Part shown: piece after piece, positions 13,601 through 26,739 of the stretch | Layout of the letters: each line of letters begins with the position of its first letter | How positions within the stretch are numbered: position 1 is the first letter of the stretch | NCBI RefSeq assembly: GCF_963506605.1 | Contig: NC_083292.1 | Location: 26,722,001 to 26,786,000, forward strand | Source: Zootoca vivipara | Lineage: Eukaryota | Reading direction: 5' to 3' | DNA: 64,000 nt | Made by a program: the position numbers and the translations under genes | The notes under the pieces: generated by a model | What the model was told of the DNA's origin: nothing | Databases searched by the model: none | The model's input: only the letters and a program-made list of their open reading frames with translations

Positions 13601-16600
13601 ACTGACAACAGAACTTCAAGATCTCAGGCAGAGAACCCTGGGACCTTCCACATGCAAATAATTTAGTATATCATGTAAATAAGGGTCCCTCCTCAGAAAG
13701 GAATAGACAGGGATCAAATGTGAATTTGCACCTAGATGCACAAACACTTGGGCAAAGTGATGATCACAACTAGTCTTGCATCACCTCTACCTAGATCTGG
13801 GTTTTCCATTTCCCTTTCTGTCACATCCCTCAGGTGTCCAGAGATGGGTCATCAGATCACCTGCCCATCCACCATATTCCCTTCTACTTTTCAGCTTCCC
13901 TGCTCACCTGATCTTTTTCAGAGCGGTGATCATGTCATCCAAAGCTTTTCGGTATGCACTAATGATCACTGTTGGGTGCATCTGCTGCTCAAGGAAGTGC
14001 TCTGCAACTGACAACATCTCACCGGCTAAACAGCAAACAAAGAGCAGTTAATGAGGATTTCTGCCACCAACTGCAATGCTTCGGAATTGAACAAAAGATG
14101 TGCTCTACAGTTAGCACAAGTTATGGCCAGTGACACAAACTAGTCAGAGCCTCTCAAGACCTTTATCCCCAGGTCTCCCCCAATGATTGCTCTGCCAGCT
14201 GATACAAAATAGAGGCAAAAAGCAGAAGTGTCATCAATTCCAGGCACGGAGGAGAAATAGTTCCTTTTGACAGCAAGTGACTCACAGTGGGCCAAGAGAG
14301 AAGTACTGAGCTAGACTGTTGCTAATAATGCTAGAGTATCTGATTCTTTCATGTTACAAGCTCTATCTAGGGTTGCTCTCTTGGGAATGGATCATATTGG
14401 GGAGAGCCAACACCTCTTCATGTTAAACTGGCTGCATTAATATGCAAGCACCTATTAACAGTTTTTTTGTTTTTTTTTACAAAGAGCTGGCAAATCCAAA
14501 TGGTACTCCCCACCATTTAACACAGGGTAAAACCCAAAAAGATTCTCCTGCATGTCCCATTGAAATGAAAAGGATCTGTGAAACACAATTACAATGCTCT
14601 TGTGTCCAGATCCCATTCACTGAAATAGCAGGTTGCGCGTCCAGTGTTCAATATTTCTCTTGTCTCCAACACAATGATACCCACAAAACCTCAATAGAGG
14701 TGAATCATTTGTAGTCATTTAATGCACCAACATGCTCTGATTTACCGTTGCATTTGTGCAGGCAGGCATACAAGAGCGTACACAGAGTGATCTTACCAAG
14801 TATAATCACAGATGTGGTCCCATCGCCCACCTCTTCATCCTGAGTGCGGCTGATTTCAATCATGGACTTGGCAGCTGGGTGCTGGACCTGAATCTGTAAT
14901 GGAAGGAAGGAAGGACTCATGAACAAACCTTGCATTCTAGAGCACTCCTGCTCCCTTACTGAAACCTCCTGAAACACCAGGGGGCCTTGAATTAAGCCTA
15001 CATAGAGATGGAATGGGATTACAGGACAGGGTTTAACACTTCACTGTATTGGCCATACAGCCAAGGCAGCAGGATTAATCCTTATTCATCATCTGGTGAG
15101 CAGAGTTTAAAGCACTTCCCAAAAGTACTGTTTGAAGCAGATTGTGCGCTTCTTCTGCGAGTGGACAAGAGAAGCATGCAAGTTGCTTCAAACAGTGCTT
15201 TTGAAAACAATGTAAGGTAGCCCCCATACTCCTGTTTCAGGTGGAATAAGAGCATGAGCATGAAGGCTGCCCTAAAGCGCTTCTCAAAAGCCGCTTTGGC
15301 TGTTAAAGTTAATTTCTGGGGCATTCCCATTAAGAGGCACTTCCCACTGTTCAACTTCACAATTCTTCAAATCATATGTGGCAAGACAGACTATGTATTT
15401 ATTTCTTAGGCTGTGTCTGCCTTTTGGCTAAGCCCTAAAAAGCTACAACTGCTGTGAGCATCAAGGAGACTTACTTCTCTAAGAATAGCGTTGCCATCAT
15501 TGGTCATAACTATGCCACCCATTGGGTCCAACAGCATCTGCATTGGAGATTTAGAAACACTTATGTCAGATTGCATGGAATGCAAATTCAACAACAGAAG
15601 ACGTGTATTCAGATTCTCTCTTTACTGTGAATTAATGGAGCAATGATGGGGGAAAGTATTCTCACCTTCATCATGGCCCTTGGTCCCAAGCATGTTCTGA
15701 TAATATCAGCAATGGTCTGAAATGGAAGGAATTGATAAGGCAACATGATTTTAAAAGAAAAGCTTAGGTACATCCTTGACAGTTATGCGCTGAATTTCAG
15801 AAACATTATGAGACAAAATTAGCTACTGCCTGTCAACTGTAAGCCTAAACATGCTGTGATACTATGGAATATTCACAAACATTCCAAAATCTGCAGAGGA
15901 AGCTGTTGCCAACAGAACACTTAAAAACAGGTCATCTTCTGTGCAGGGAGGAAAAAGATCTGTTTGGCTAGGAGACAGGAGAACTGTGTGCTACTGAAAG
16001 GAAGTGAAAAGACAGACAAGGGAACTTTGGAATCCATGGGGGAAAGGTAATTAGATACTATTATACAAAGGCCCGACAGTTCTATTGCATCAAATATTAA
16101 ATCAGCAGCCTCCAGTCTTTTCAGACCCAGGATCCAACTTTAACCCAAAACTTCAATGAGGGACTTTTATTTTTTTGTATTTGTGTGTCTGCCTCTTGTC
16201 TCTTGTTAAGACTGACCAAATACAGAAGGAATGATGGAAGGAGAGCTTTGTGTCCTTGATAAAACTTTCTTTTCTAGGCAATAGTTAAAAGTAAAAAAGT
16301 GTTGCCCTCTTTTTATCTGGTCACCACCCACTCTTGTGTGCACTTTTAACAGGCTCTCTTTCACATCCCCAATGCATTTTACAGAAAAATATACCTTAGC
16401 AGCATTAATATTTCCGGTCTGGACTTTTCTGCCAGTCTCTCGCTTTGTGTTCTGACCTAAAGAAAACAGAAAAACAATTATGAAAAGCATCTAATACAAC
16501 TCATTCACAAAAATGCAGGCTATCTTTCTTAAACTTTCTTTTGTAGACCTCCCATTTTCACCCTAACTACTGCTTTGGTTCACATTCAATCTTCTTTGTT

Positions 16601-19273
16601 TTCCTATTCCCTCCCCAGCATGGGACTTTAGAATAGGCCCACTGCAATAATAATTTGTGACTTCTGCCACAAATAGCACATTCCTATGCACACTTAATCA
16701 GACATTAATCCCACCATATTCAATGAGAAGTATTCTAAGGTAAGAACGCCTAACAGCACAGTGTAGGTAAATAAAATATGTCTTAAAGGAACAGAAATGG
16801 AATATTCCACAATCTGTAGCAGGCAATGTAAGAATCACTTCTCCTCTAGTAGCCAAATCAAATCATAACCAACCAACCCTAAATGGCAATATAGTTGCTT
16901 GTGATGTTCCTGCACTAGCAAGACTTCTGGAATACCCTTTTTTTTTTCTTAAGGGCTACGTAGCACATTATTTCTCCCCAACAATGGTCTAGAATGTTCA
17001 AATTCTAATGACAGAACATCTTTACTGCAACAAATCTACAATCAACATACCACAGTAAAAACTGTAACCGATTGGAGGTGGTTATTTATTATTATTTATC
17101 GGGCATCCCCAAACTTCGGCCCTCGAGATGTTTTGGACTACAATTCCCATCATCCCTGACCACTGGTCCTGTTAGCTAGGGATCATGGGAGTTGTAGGCC
17201 AAAACATCTGGAGGGCCGCAGTTTGGGGATGCCTGTTATTTATTTATGAGTTTTTCTCCATGAGTCCTTCTGACTAAACATGCAGTTGAAACAATTTGCA
17301 GCTAAGCAGTATATAAACTGTTAAATGTGTAGAATAAACACACATTGCTAATTGCTAAGTACTGTATCTACTTTCTCTCTTTATATATTAATCTGTCTAT
17401 CTATCTATCTAGGATCTTTCAGAAAAGGGCCCTTTAAGAAACAGTTTGCCGTCAGATAGCTACAATCTCCATTCCCCACACCCCAATAAAGACAGGAAGG
17501 CATATTAAAATATCCAATAATTATGACGAGCAAGGAAAGGGCTATCACTGGCTTATTCAATTTTGAGACCAAGGGAAATGAAACTCCTGTTGTCAATGAA
17601 ATGGGAATGTATTGTATGATATTTGAGCCTGCAACAGAAGCTGATTTGGGGAACTCTCTCAACGAACACACTTTAAGAAGCGTATCCCCATTTCAGATAT
17701 TTACTCCTGCCATCTCCACAACCCTGCTATCTGCTGCACACATGTGGCGCGTTCTGCACCAGAAATCCACACCCATATTTGGAAACTCTTTCTATCCACT
17801 CCGATAGTGTGTCAAATCTCACTTTGATTCTCCTTTTATGAATGGAAGGAAGGAGGATCCAACAAGATCAATCCAATACTGCAGCAAGGAATCTAGTAAT
17901 CAGAACAAAATAGCAAAACCAGCCTACTGAGAATATTTTTTTAAAGGAGGCAGGGCAGTAGAACCAAGCACATGGACATGGAACAGACGGGAAAGAACAG
18001 AAGAATCAACAGTCAAGACACCAACATTCATTCCTAGTTCTGTGCCTTAGGCGTCTTAAAATGGAGAATAATACGTGTAAAGTGTGAGGGAACAGACAGT
18101 GATAAAATGTGAAGCAAGGCAGAATTCAGTGAAACAAAGGTGGGTTGGAAGAAGAGGTGTTTAATACAGCGGGAGAATTATTATTTTGGGGGAGGGGCAT
18201 ATTTGAGGAGACTGGTGAAGGGAGTACACTCCATGCAAACAGCTTACTGACAAGAGAAGGCACATCCACAATATACGCCCAGCTTGAAACACAATGGGGT
18301 ACAGCAGATCAGGACCTTAAACCCTATTAAGGCTCATAGTAGCTCAACCTAATAGACAGTAGATTATTAACTGGAAAGGCAGGAGGCGGCATGTAAGAAG
18401 GAGGAAATTATGGGGACGATTTAGTAGAAGCCCCCCCCCCCGCCCAATATACACTTTTTGAGTATAGAGGGGGGATTAAATGAAGTGGGGCATTAAGGGG
18501 GAGGGGTTTGGAATGATCAGGAGAAATGCCCAACACATAACTTTTGCAGGGATGGGGAAGATACAGAATTTAGGAAATTGTGGAAGAATGTGAAGCAGGG
18601 CAGAATTCAGTGAAACATAGGTGGGTTGGAGCAAGAAGAGGTGTTTTAATACAGCAAGAGAAAATTTATTTGGGGGGCAACAAAAAGGCCTCTTAATAGG
18701 CACTTGTTTTGGAGGGAGGAGGGTATAAATGAAGGAGAACGTTGTTGAGAATTTGACGGGGAACAGGAAAGGTTCCTATTACACACTTGGTTTTTTTTTG
18801 TGGGAGGGGGACAAGACAGGAGCATCAAGGAATGTGGGTGGTTAAGAGGGGAAGGGGGTCTCCAGAATATACTTTTCAGGGAGGGTGTCTAGAGATAAAA
18901 GAGGCGGGATATTTTTAAATTATGGGGCACATTTATTATACATTCGGGGAGGCGAGACAGGAGCAACCAGGAATGTTGGGGTTCAGTTTATACTGGGGGA
19001 GAGCTAAAAGAGGCAGAGAATTACATGGGGAATTTAGTGCGAGGGGGGCAATAATAAGGAGTGGTCTCCAACATGTACTTTCTGTGCATATCTGAAAAGA
19101 GATATTATGGGAGGGAATTGGGGAAGGGTGAGATAACCGAATTAAGGGGTTTTTGTGAGGTGGGTCTTCGTGGGGGTGGCAGAGGAGGGGCGGGGTCCAT
19201 GGAGGGGCTCCTCACACCCACCCCTCTTTCCCTCAGACTCACTGAGCACGAGGACGGGGCGCTGGCCCATCAT
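7654..19273 (-). CDS. CCT3: T-complex protein 1 subunit gamma (chaperonin CCT/TRiC), 546 aa. Coding exons 19243-19273, 16395-16456, 15666-15716, 15475-15537, 14797-14893, 13908-14025, 13239-13425, 12576-12725, 11343-11475, 11164-11245, 10257-10437, 9840-10085, 9277-9408, 7654-7761
   Basis: 14 GT-AG exons sum to 1641 nt in one frame: MMGQRPVLVLSQNTKRE..., TIADIIRTCLGPRAMMK, TNDGNAILRE, GDGTTSV ATP motif, LVPGGGASEM, TAVLLLRIDDIVSGHKKKG...stop. Confidence 0.98.
8046..8570. mobile_element. Probable Tc2/pogo-like non-autonomous DNA transposon
   Basis: TA-flanked imperfect inverted termini (...AATATAAGCCAC / GTGCGTCTTATATTTGTGCCAATACGG|TA) around a GC-rich core. Confidence 0.5.
8590..8725. mobile_element. 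136-bp hAT-type MITE
   Basis: Palindromic element CAGGCACCCCC...GGGGATGCCTG with 8-bp TSD GATTACAG. Confidence 0.85.
9551..9741 (-). ncRNA. Candidate intronic box H/ACA-like RNA (CCT3 intron 12)
   Basis: In host sense: hairpin (GCTCTG/CAGAGT, GCAGAG/CTCTGC), then H box AGAATA (9664-9669), a hairpin closed by ATCATTCC/GGAATGGT, and ACA+3 nt (9554-9556). Folded by eye only. Confidence 0.3.
10592..10733 (-). ncRNA. Candidate intronic box H/ACA snoRNA/scaRNA (CCT3 intron 10)
   Basis: ~142 nt in host sense: stem GCCTGG/CCAGGC directly followed by H box AGAGCA (10682-10687); second stem GTCCT/AGGAC directly followed by ACA+ATT (10595-10597). Confidence 0.35.
11891..12437. mobile_element. Tc1/mariner-type MITE
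   Basis: TA|CAGTCATACCTCGGGTTG ... CAACCCCCGGTACTACTG|TA imperfect TIRs. Confidence 0.65.
14096..14247 (-). ncRNA. Candidate intronic box H/ACA-like RNA (CCT3 intron 5)
   Basis: TGCC/GGCA hairpin, H box AGAGCA (14188-14193), small hinge hairpin, GCTCT/AGAGC hairpin, then ACA+TCT, ~70 nt upstream of the 3' splice site. Confidence 0.28.
17100..17235. mobile_element. 136-bp hAT-type MITE
   Basis: Same family as 8590-8725; 8-bp TSD TTATTTAT. Confidence 0.85.
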
Positions 19274-20006
19274 CTTCACTGCGACGCGTGAGGGAAGCCG
19301 GCGCAGAACCTTCTGGAGGAGGAGAAAGGAAAGGAAAGGGAGGGGGGAAATGCCGTTTCACCGCGCCCGAACAGCCTAAAGTGATTGCTGCGGCTGCGCA
19401 GCCAATCAGTGCCGGAGGCGCCTCAGCCGCCACCAATGAGGAAGCGGGCTCTGCCACCCTGGCCCCACCCACCACTCTTCCACCAAGATCGGTTGATAGG
19501 ACAACGGACTACTCACGGTCTCCTCTCCCTCCCACCCCGCCCTTCGCGTAGCGCGTGCGGCGCAGCTCTACAAAACGGGGAAAGCAATGCGCTTGCGCGT
19601 CGTGGTCCCACCTTATTCACCCCGCCCCCGTTGGACGCGTCTGCGCATAACGGAAGCGACAGGACGCCAACTACGCCTGCGCGCAGTTCTGAGGGAGGCG
19701 GAAGTGCGCACGCGCACGGGCTCCAGTCAGCGGTTAGATGGATGGAGTCTTCACACCGGCGGTCGCTGCAGCACTTGCCGCGCTCCGGCCCCGACCAGTC
19801 GCACCCAAGAGGCGAGTTTTTGGGAAACCACAAAAAGGAACTCCCGAGTCCTGACTGGCCTGAGCCTAGACATGATGAGATTTGTGGTCTCGTTTAAAGT
19901 TCTGGTCAGAGGAGCATCATGGGAGTTGAAGTTTCAATCCGGGCCCCATTCACTCCCAAGCTAACCCTCGCCCATCCTCACCGCTGAGCATCATGGGAGC
20001 TGTAGT
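19274..20006. promoter_or_regulatory. CpG-island bidirectional promoter shared by CCT3 (-) and TSACC (+)
   Basis: Dense CpG; CCAAT boxes (~19402, ~19433); ETS/GABP CGGAAGT (~19699); NRF1-like GCGCACGCGC; HSE-like aGAAccTTCtgGAg (19305-19318); two ZNF143/SBS-like motifs (19914-19932; 19988-20006 = reverse complement ACTACAGCTCCCATGATGC). Confidence 0.8.
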
Positions 20007-22407
20007 ATTTTCCCTGACGAAGATGCCCTTTGAGCTGCCAGAGTGCAGATAGTTAGATATTGAGCTTTCTCCAGGGTGAGATATCCTGGGAGACGTGTTA
20101 TAGGGTTGGATTTTGCTGCATCCTCTGGATCATTTTATTTAAGGAAAAAGAAAATTAGGCCACTTTTCAGCTGAGAAAACATTGTTAAAGAGATCAATAC
20201 AAATAAGATCTGCATTTAAAATATACGACACGAAAGGAAAATAAATCAGGTGGGATAAGGAAATAACCAATTCAGTTTCAGATTCTTAGTAACAAGTTTA
20301 GCATGCAGTTGCAGGCACACTATAAAAAGATTTAAGACAGAATGTTATGGTTAGGACACCTGGTGAGTTTGTGGCAGAGACAGGATGCAAGGCCAAAATA
20401 AATAAAATTAGAATTAATCCCTAATAACAGTGCATAAATTGTAAATTATGTAAATTATGTAAGTGACAGGTTAAAAGTTATTGGAATATTTTCACACACA
20501 CCAACGTTATTAAAATTAAGCAATACATAGACACACACACACAACGTGCACACACAATAAAGATTGCAAAAGATATTTGAAACTGTCCATTATAGAGCAA
20601 AAAGAATGAACCACATTTATTTTATTGAACATATGGATGATACCTAATCTTACAAATCCTAGTGCAGCCACACAGTGGTTATAAGTGAAAACAATGAAAG
20701 TGAAAAGTCTAATAGCCACACTCCCTCCTCCTCCTCCTTCAATGTACCAAGTATCATGGCTTGTGCACATTACTGCATGATAATGTGCATTCAATGCTAA
20801 ATGCAGGCACCTTCTGGGGGTGCTGTACATGTCATATCTTTTATTTTATTTTATTAAATGTATATACTGCACTTCATTTGAATATCATGTCATCCCCATG
20901 TCGTCTCTGTCACACGCTCTTTGCCGATCTTAGGCATATAATGCAGGAACAGTTGCAATCTGTTTTGTGACGAGAATTGGCTGCTCAATCTTGGTGCCTG
21001 TATGTGTACACAGAGAGAGCCCTTTCTCAGATTCACCTCCAGCTGGGAGAGTAACAAGATGAGCAATTCACCCCAGAGAGCAGTTGATTGGAGAGAGGGA
21101 GAGAAGAGGCCTCATGTGGGTCTGACGGGGGTGGGGTGGGGGCAAGAAGGAATCTAATCTCCCCGGTTTAGAATGTGGGCTGTGCCTCTTGAATAGCCAC
21201 TTTCTCATAATTAAAAAAGATCCTCCCCTTCCTGCATTGCTGGGGGCTGGACTAGATGGCCCTTTGGGTCCCTTCCAATTCTATGATTCTTGCATTTTTG
21301 CTTGTCTGAAAAAAAAAGATGAACCTGGATTAACAGCAACTTTATTTATTTATCGCATTTATATCCCACCTTTTTTTCTCCAAGGAGCTCAAAGTGGTAT
21401 ACATGGTTCTCCCACTCCTCATTTAATACCCACAACAACCCTGTGAAGTAGGTTGGGCCGAGAGGCAGTGAGTGACTGGCTCAAGATCACCCCAGGGATG
21501 ATGTTCTCCCATGGTCACCCATGCAATTTTTTGTGCAGTGCCAATGCACACCTACCACCCTGCTTTGCATTTAGCCAAGGTGCTGTCTTGGACTTCTCCG
21601 TCTTTTTATACCTGGGAGAAGAGGAAGAGTGGCTGGTCAGCAGTTGGTAGAGTTTGCAACTCCTCACAAACACATTCCCAGTCTTGCCCAGAATGTAAAA
21701 ACAGAGCACAATGAGGGACAGTCACTGATTCTTGTTATTATTGCTATTATTATCTTTATTTATAAAGTACAGTAGTTAAACTCTAATAGAATTACAACAA
21801 TACAATAAACCAACCAATTAAAACACAGATCATAAAAACAGCACCGCCCTATCATAAGCCATTTCCTTTAAAAAAATTAGTCCGTTTCCCAAGGCCTTTG
21901 GAATACAGTAAAAGACTTCACATGCAGACAGATGGACTGCAAGGAGAGAGGGAGTCTGGCTTCTTTAGGGATGGAGTTCCAAAGCCTGGGAGCAGCCACC
22001 AAGAAAGCCCCTCTGATTGAGGAGGAGGAGGTGTCCCCTTTGGCCAGGGATAGCAGGATGCAGCGGGACGTGTTGCGACAAGCTCAAAAGGCCTACCTAG
22101 GGTTTGTCTTCTGAGGTTTCAAATGGCCGCCAGCCCAGGAAAGCAAGTACACCCTGTTGAGTATGCTCTAATCTATCATTTTTTTCCAACCGCAGCAGTA
22201 TGAAACCAGAAAGACACCGGAAGACCATCTTGGCCTTAAATAAGAAACATAAGGCTCTCCCTCCGGTCCATATGAAAGGGGAGTTGCTTTCCAGTCTTGG
22301 ACCTCTTTTTTTAAAACCCTCCCCAACCTGGAAGCTCTTGCTTGTGATACAAATAACTATTTTCTTCCTCTCCTCCTGTTCCAGGTAAGAGTTCCAGTCC
22401 CGTTCGG

Positions 22408-25400
22408 ATGGAGCCAGACATCAACCCCCAGGATGAGAAGCAGCATCGGAAAAGTAGGTTAGACCCACATCAGACTCATTTTCTTTTCCCCTCTCCAGCT
22501 AACATTTTAAACCAGTGATAGGGAACTTTTTTTCCAGCCTGGGGGCCACATTCCCTCATGGATAAACTTGTGGGAGTCACATATCCCCGGTGGGCAAGGC
22601 CAGAGGCCAAAAAGCAGGCAGGGCATCTACTGTGACTCTTACCTTTCGTACCACACAAAAGTTAGAGGTCTGTAAAAACACCTCTCTCTTTCACCCAAGT
22701 GAGCAAGATATATTATCACAGTCAGAGGCACCGACTTGCCTACGCTGTTAAGGGATCCAATATTCCCCAATGTGGAGCATCAAGCAATGTGCTGCAATAC
22801 CTCCAAGTGCTGTCCCCCAGCTGCACCCCTCAGTCTTTGTGCTCTACACACAAGTACATGTACACACACACACACTGGGGTAAAGAGACTTGGCAACCCT
22901 GTATTAGCACTTGCTGTTTGGGTAGCTGCAGTACCACTAGGGCTGCCATGCTTGGGGGGAAATGGCAACCCTAAGTACCACTTCCTGGCCATCAGCAGTG
23001 GAGGTGATGCTACAGCCCAGCAAAGAGCAGCCCAAAGTCCTCTCCTGTGGCAAGCTGCAACATTGGTGCCAGAAGTGAGCTGCATGGCCCCTCTGCTACA
23101 GTCTCAGTTTGAGACCCTTTTGTACCTTATGGATGTCACTTATACCATGTACCTCTGAAGTTGTGCTGGCAGCCATGGCACCAGTCCTAAATTCCCTGCA
23201 TCCTTATGTGCCTTATGGTGAGAAAAACGTGGTGGCTTCACCTGAGGCAATGTTGGCCACAACAAGCCATAGAGAAAGCTAATGAGGTGGAGGTAGAATA
23301 AGTTCTGCCAGATTTATTAAAAGTCCCAGAGCTGAGTTTGGAGGGTCAGATAAAAGTACTTGGCAACTTTTCCCCCTAGACAAAAGAGACAGCAAAAGAA
23401 TGGACTCTATATTTACAGAGGAATAAAATGAATATCTACTAAATAAAAAGAGCAACCTATTCACACCAATAAAGATCTATAATAGCTATAATTTTATATT
23501 TTTCAGGTACACCAAGAAGATCTTCACAAGTCCCACGTAAGTGTTTTTATTTAGTTATCTTTGCCCCTGGGGGGGGAATGACCCAGCCAAACTCTGTCAC
23601 TTTCATCTGTGTTTCCAGTGATTTCGGCTTTTTCAGTCAACCGCTTTGCTACATCTTTTAACAGCAGTTTGAGATGCAAGAATTAACAGTGAAGCTTTTC
23701 CTGGTACAGAGATAAAAACAATTGCTCTCTTGTTGCAATCTGCTGCTTTTATTGGTAATGGTACAGCAGCAGGAGCAGTTTAAAAGTTATTATTAATTTA
23801 TTATATTTGTATACTGCCCTTCATGTGAAGATCTCAGGGCGTTTCACAGCATAAATATACAGAATAAAACCACAAAGTACATATTAAAAACAAAACAAAA
23901 AACCAAATAACAACCCCCACCCTCCCTCAAACTCATTTAAAAGTACATAGACAATCAGCCAAAGGCCTGGCTGAAGGCTGATGCTGAAATCAGCTGCCAT
24001 CCATTCAGTTTTATCTGTGATATCAGCATCTTAACATACTTTCCCTGTTTTCCCTCACACAGGAGGGAATGTCTTTTCCAAGATAATGTCCGCCGCTACT
24101 CAAAATAAATTGCGCTTCTTGCACAAAACAATTTTTATATCCGAATGCAAATGCATGCAAATTTAACTGCTTAATCTAATTTCAGTGACTAACCCAGCTC
24201 ATACAATTAATAAACTAAGATGACTTTTAACAATGTGAGAGTTGATCCCAGGATTCTAGAGAACTTGGCCATGCAACCTGATCCACTCTTTCTCTCTTAA
24301 CAGGAGAAGACTTTGATGGTCCTCCACCTCCTCCTTTTAAGCCTCTGTGTCCGGCCAAACCCTCCCCCAGTTTTCTGGAACTCCCGTCAACTCAGTGGAA
24401 GCCCAGCTCAGGCCTGCCATATACCCAGACAGCTCGGATCGGGAAGGGAAAGAGACATTTCTGTAAGTTAGGGGAACCCTCTCATGCTTTACATGCATGT
24501 GGACCATCATATTAGAGTAGCCCCATGGCCAAAAAAGTGGACACCAATTTGTACACCTTTATATGTAGAGATGCATATAATATTTGTATGCCTACTCAGT
24601 CTGCTTTGAGTTATTCCCTGACCCCTCCCCTCCCCTCTAGGGTTCTTACCTTGCCCCCTGTCCCCTGCTTTTTAAGTTTTTCTTAAAATGGAATCAAAAG
24701 TGCAAACAAACAAAAACATAAGTAAGTTTACACAATATAGGAGCAATACACAGGTTGTGTTTTCCAAATACAGTCGTACCTTGGAAGCCGGACGCCTTGG
24801 CACCCGAACAAATCGGCTCCCGAATGATAGAAACCCGGAAGTGAGTGTTCCGGTTTTCAAACAGTTTTTGGAAGCTGAACGTCCAGCACAGTTTCCGATT
24901 GGCTTGCAGGACACTCCTGCAGCCAATCAGAAGCCGTGCTTTGGTTTTTGAACGGTTCCGGGAGTCGAATGGACTCCTGGAATGCATTCTGTTCGAAAAA
25001 CAAGGTACCAGCGTAAAGAGCAGATAATGCAGATAAATAGAAGCAGCAAAACACATAATGAAAGCCATTTTTTAAATTTGAGAAGAAAGTTTTGTATATC
25101 TGAATTTAATAATCCCACCAAACGGTATAGCAATGTTATGGGTTTTCCTTACTTTTAGAAATGTTTAATTTGTGAGTTATCTTCCCTGCAGTAACCACAT
25201 AGTCCACATAGTCTTGTACCATAGTGAAAGGTTTAAGTTCCGTAGCATCTTCCTTTTCTGGGCTAAAGAAGCTCTTGCTACAGCCAGCATCCACATACGA
25301 AGCTCCTTAGATTGGAAAGTGACCAAAGTTCTTTGGGGCGCACCAAGGGGGTTCTGTTCGCTTTTAGTCAAGACTCAAGCGCAATGCCAGCATGGGATCT

Positions 25401-25956
25401 GGGACCAACATCTGGCTAGTGATCCCAGAGGCTCAACCACCAAGACCAAGAATTGGCTTCCTCTTTCTCACCACAAATGGGAAAGCACATTTAAAGCACA
25501 TTCCCCTGGGAACTGATGTTTACCTCTCAGACCTATAATTCCCAGCACCATAAACAAACTACAGTTCCCGCAGTTATTTCATTTGTCGGGAGACTGTGCT
25601 TTAAATGCAATGTGCATAGGCAGACACAGTGGGGAGAAGCAGCTCTGTGTACGCCTCTCTTTGCAGAAAACGTGGATGATTCAGCCAAACTCTGTCTGTT
25701 CCCTTCCCTCCTCCTCTCTCTCTCCCCAGCCCCTGAACATCAGCCCCAGGAGTGTTTCGGCCTGCTGGAGTGCATGCACAACAACATCCAGACACAGACG
25801 CAGATCGCACAGGCACAGCTCTCCCTCCTCGAAGACATGCGAGAGTCCATGAACATCCTCCTTGCCAGGCAGGAGAAGCAAAACCAGGAGCGCCTGGGGC
25901 AGCCAGATCAGCGCACCACAAAGGGCTCAGCCTCCTCTCCCAACCCCGCCAGCTAG
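22408..25956 (+). CDS. TSACC: TSSK6-activating co-chaperone, ~153 aa. Coding exons 22408-22453, 23507-23536 (30-nt microexon, less certain), 24304-24462, 25730-25956
   Basis: PLCPAKPSPSFLEL and EHQPQECFGLLECMHNNIQTQTQIAQAQLSLLE match TSACC motifs; all introns are phase 1 GT-AG; head-to-head with CCT3 as in mammals; AATAAA at 26273-26278. Confidence 0.85.
24771..25013. mobile_element. Tc1/mariner-type MITE
   Basis: TA|CAGTCGTACCTTG ... CAAGGTACCAGCG|TA; related to 47457-48069. Confidence 0.7.
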
Positions 25957-26739
25957 CAGCCTTGGCACATGCCCTCCTGTCCAACTCAAAGCTCTCAGTC
26001 TCCCTGGAGCCACGGTAGCAAACCTCACGTCCTCCAGATATTTTGGGTGACAATTGCGGCAATCACATTGGCTGGGGTGGATGGGCATTGTGGTCCCACA
26101 CATCTGGAGGGCTGCCAGGTGGGTAAAAGCTACCCTAGAGCAACTGTATACCTATTCCTACCACACTGCGACAATATACAATTTCCGTAGATTAGCAATG
26201 CTTGTAAAATTTGATTTCTCTTTCTGCGCTGGCTGGCAGTATTATGTGGTGTGGGAAGAGACAGTGATTCAAAATAAACATGGTTGTTATAAACATGGTT
26301 CTGCAGTGTGATCTTTTCCGGAAAGGTTCATGATGAGTAAGACAAGCCAGGTCAGCCTGCTTGCCTAATGCAATTTAAACAAACAAAAACAGTTTGCGCT
26401 AAATAAAAAGTGGCAGCTAGGAATGAGGGTGTTCTTTGGGTTAAAGTGGGGTTGGGGAACTGGCTATCTCCCCCACCTCCTGCAGGCTAAATTTGACAGG
26501 TAGGTGGGGCAAGCCACCTGTCGATCACCTGATGTCACTGTAACACCAGGCAACCCCTTTTTTGCCCATTTGCAAAGTGCTGTGGGTGAAGTTTTCCACA
26601 GGGCTTTGCCAGTGCTGCCAATCAGATGCATGAAGTGAAATCTTGAATTGGTTGGCATACGTCACACTGGGTGGGTGTGGAAAAATGAGTTCAGTGAGCA
26701 ATGAAATGCGAAAAGGCAGAGGAACCGGTGATTTATCTG

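Noticed and set aside
15208-15358. Fourth H/ACA-like fold in CCT3 intron 4 ending in ACA
   Set aside because: No ANANNA H box after the first hairpin, no proper pocket, and the region shares motifs with the adjacent palindrome, so it is more likely a repeat remnant.
19288-19964. Overlapping 87-170 aa ORFs in the CCT3/TSACC intergenic region
   Set aside because: Expected in GC-rich CpG islands with few stop codons; no recognisable protein features.
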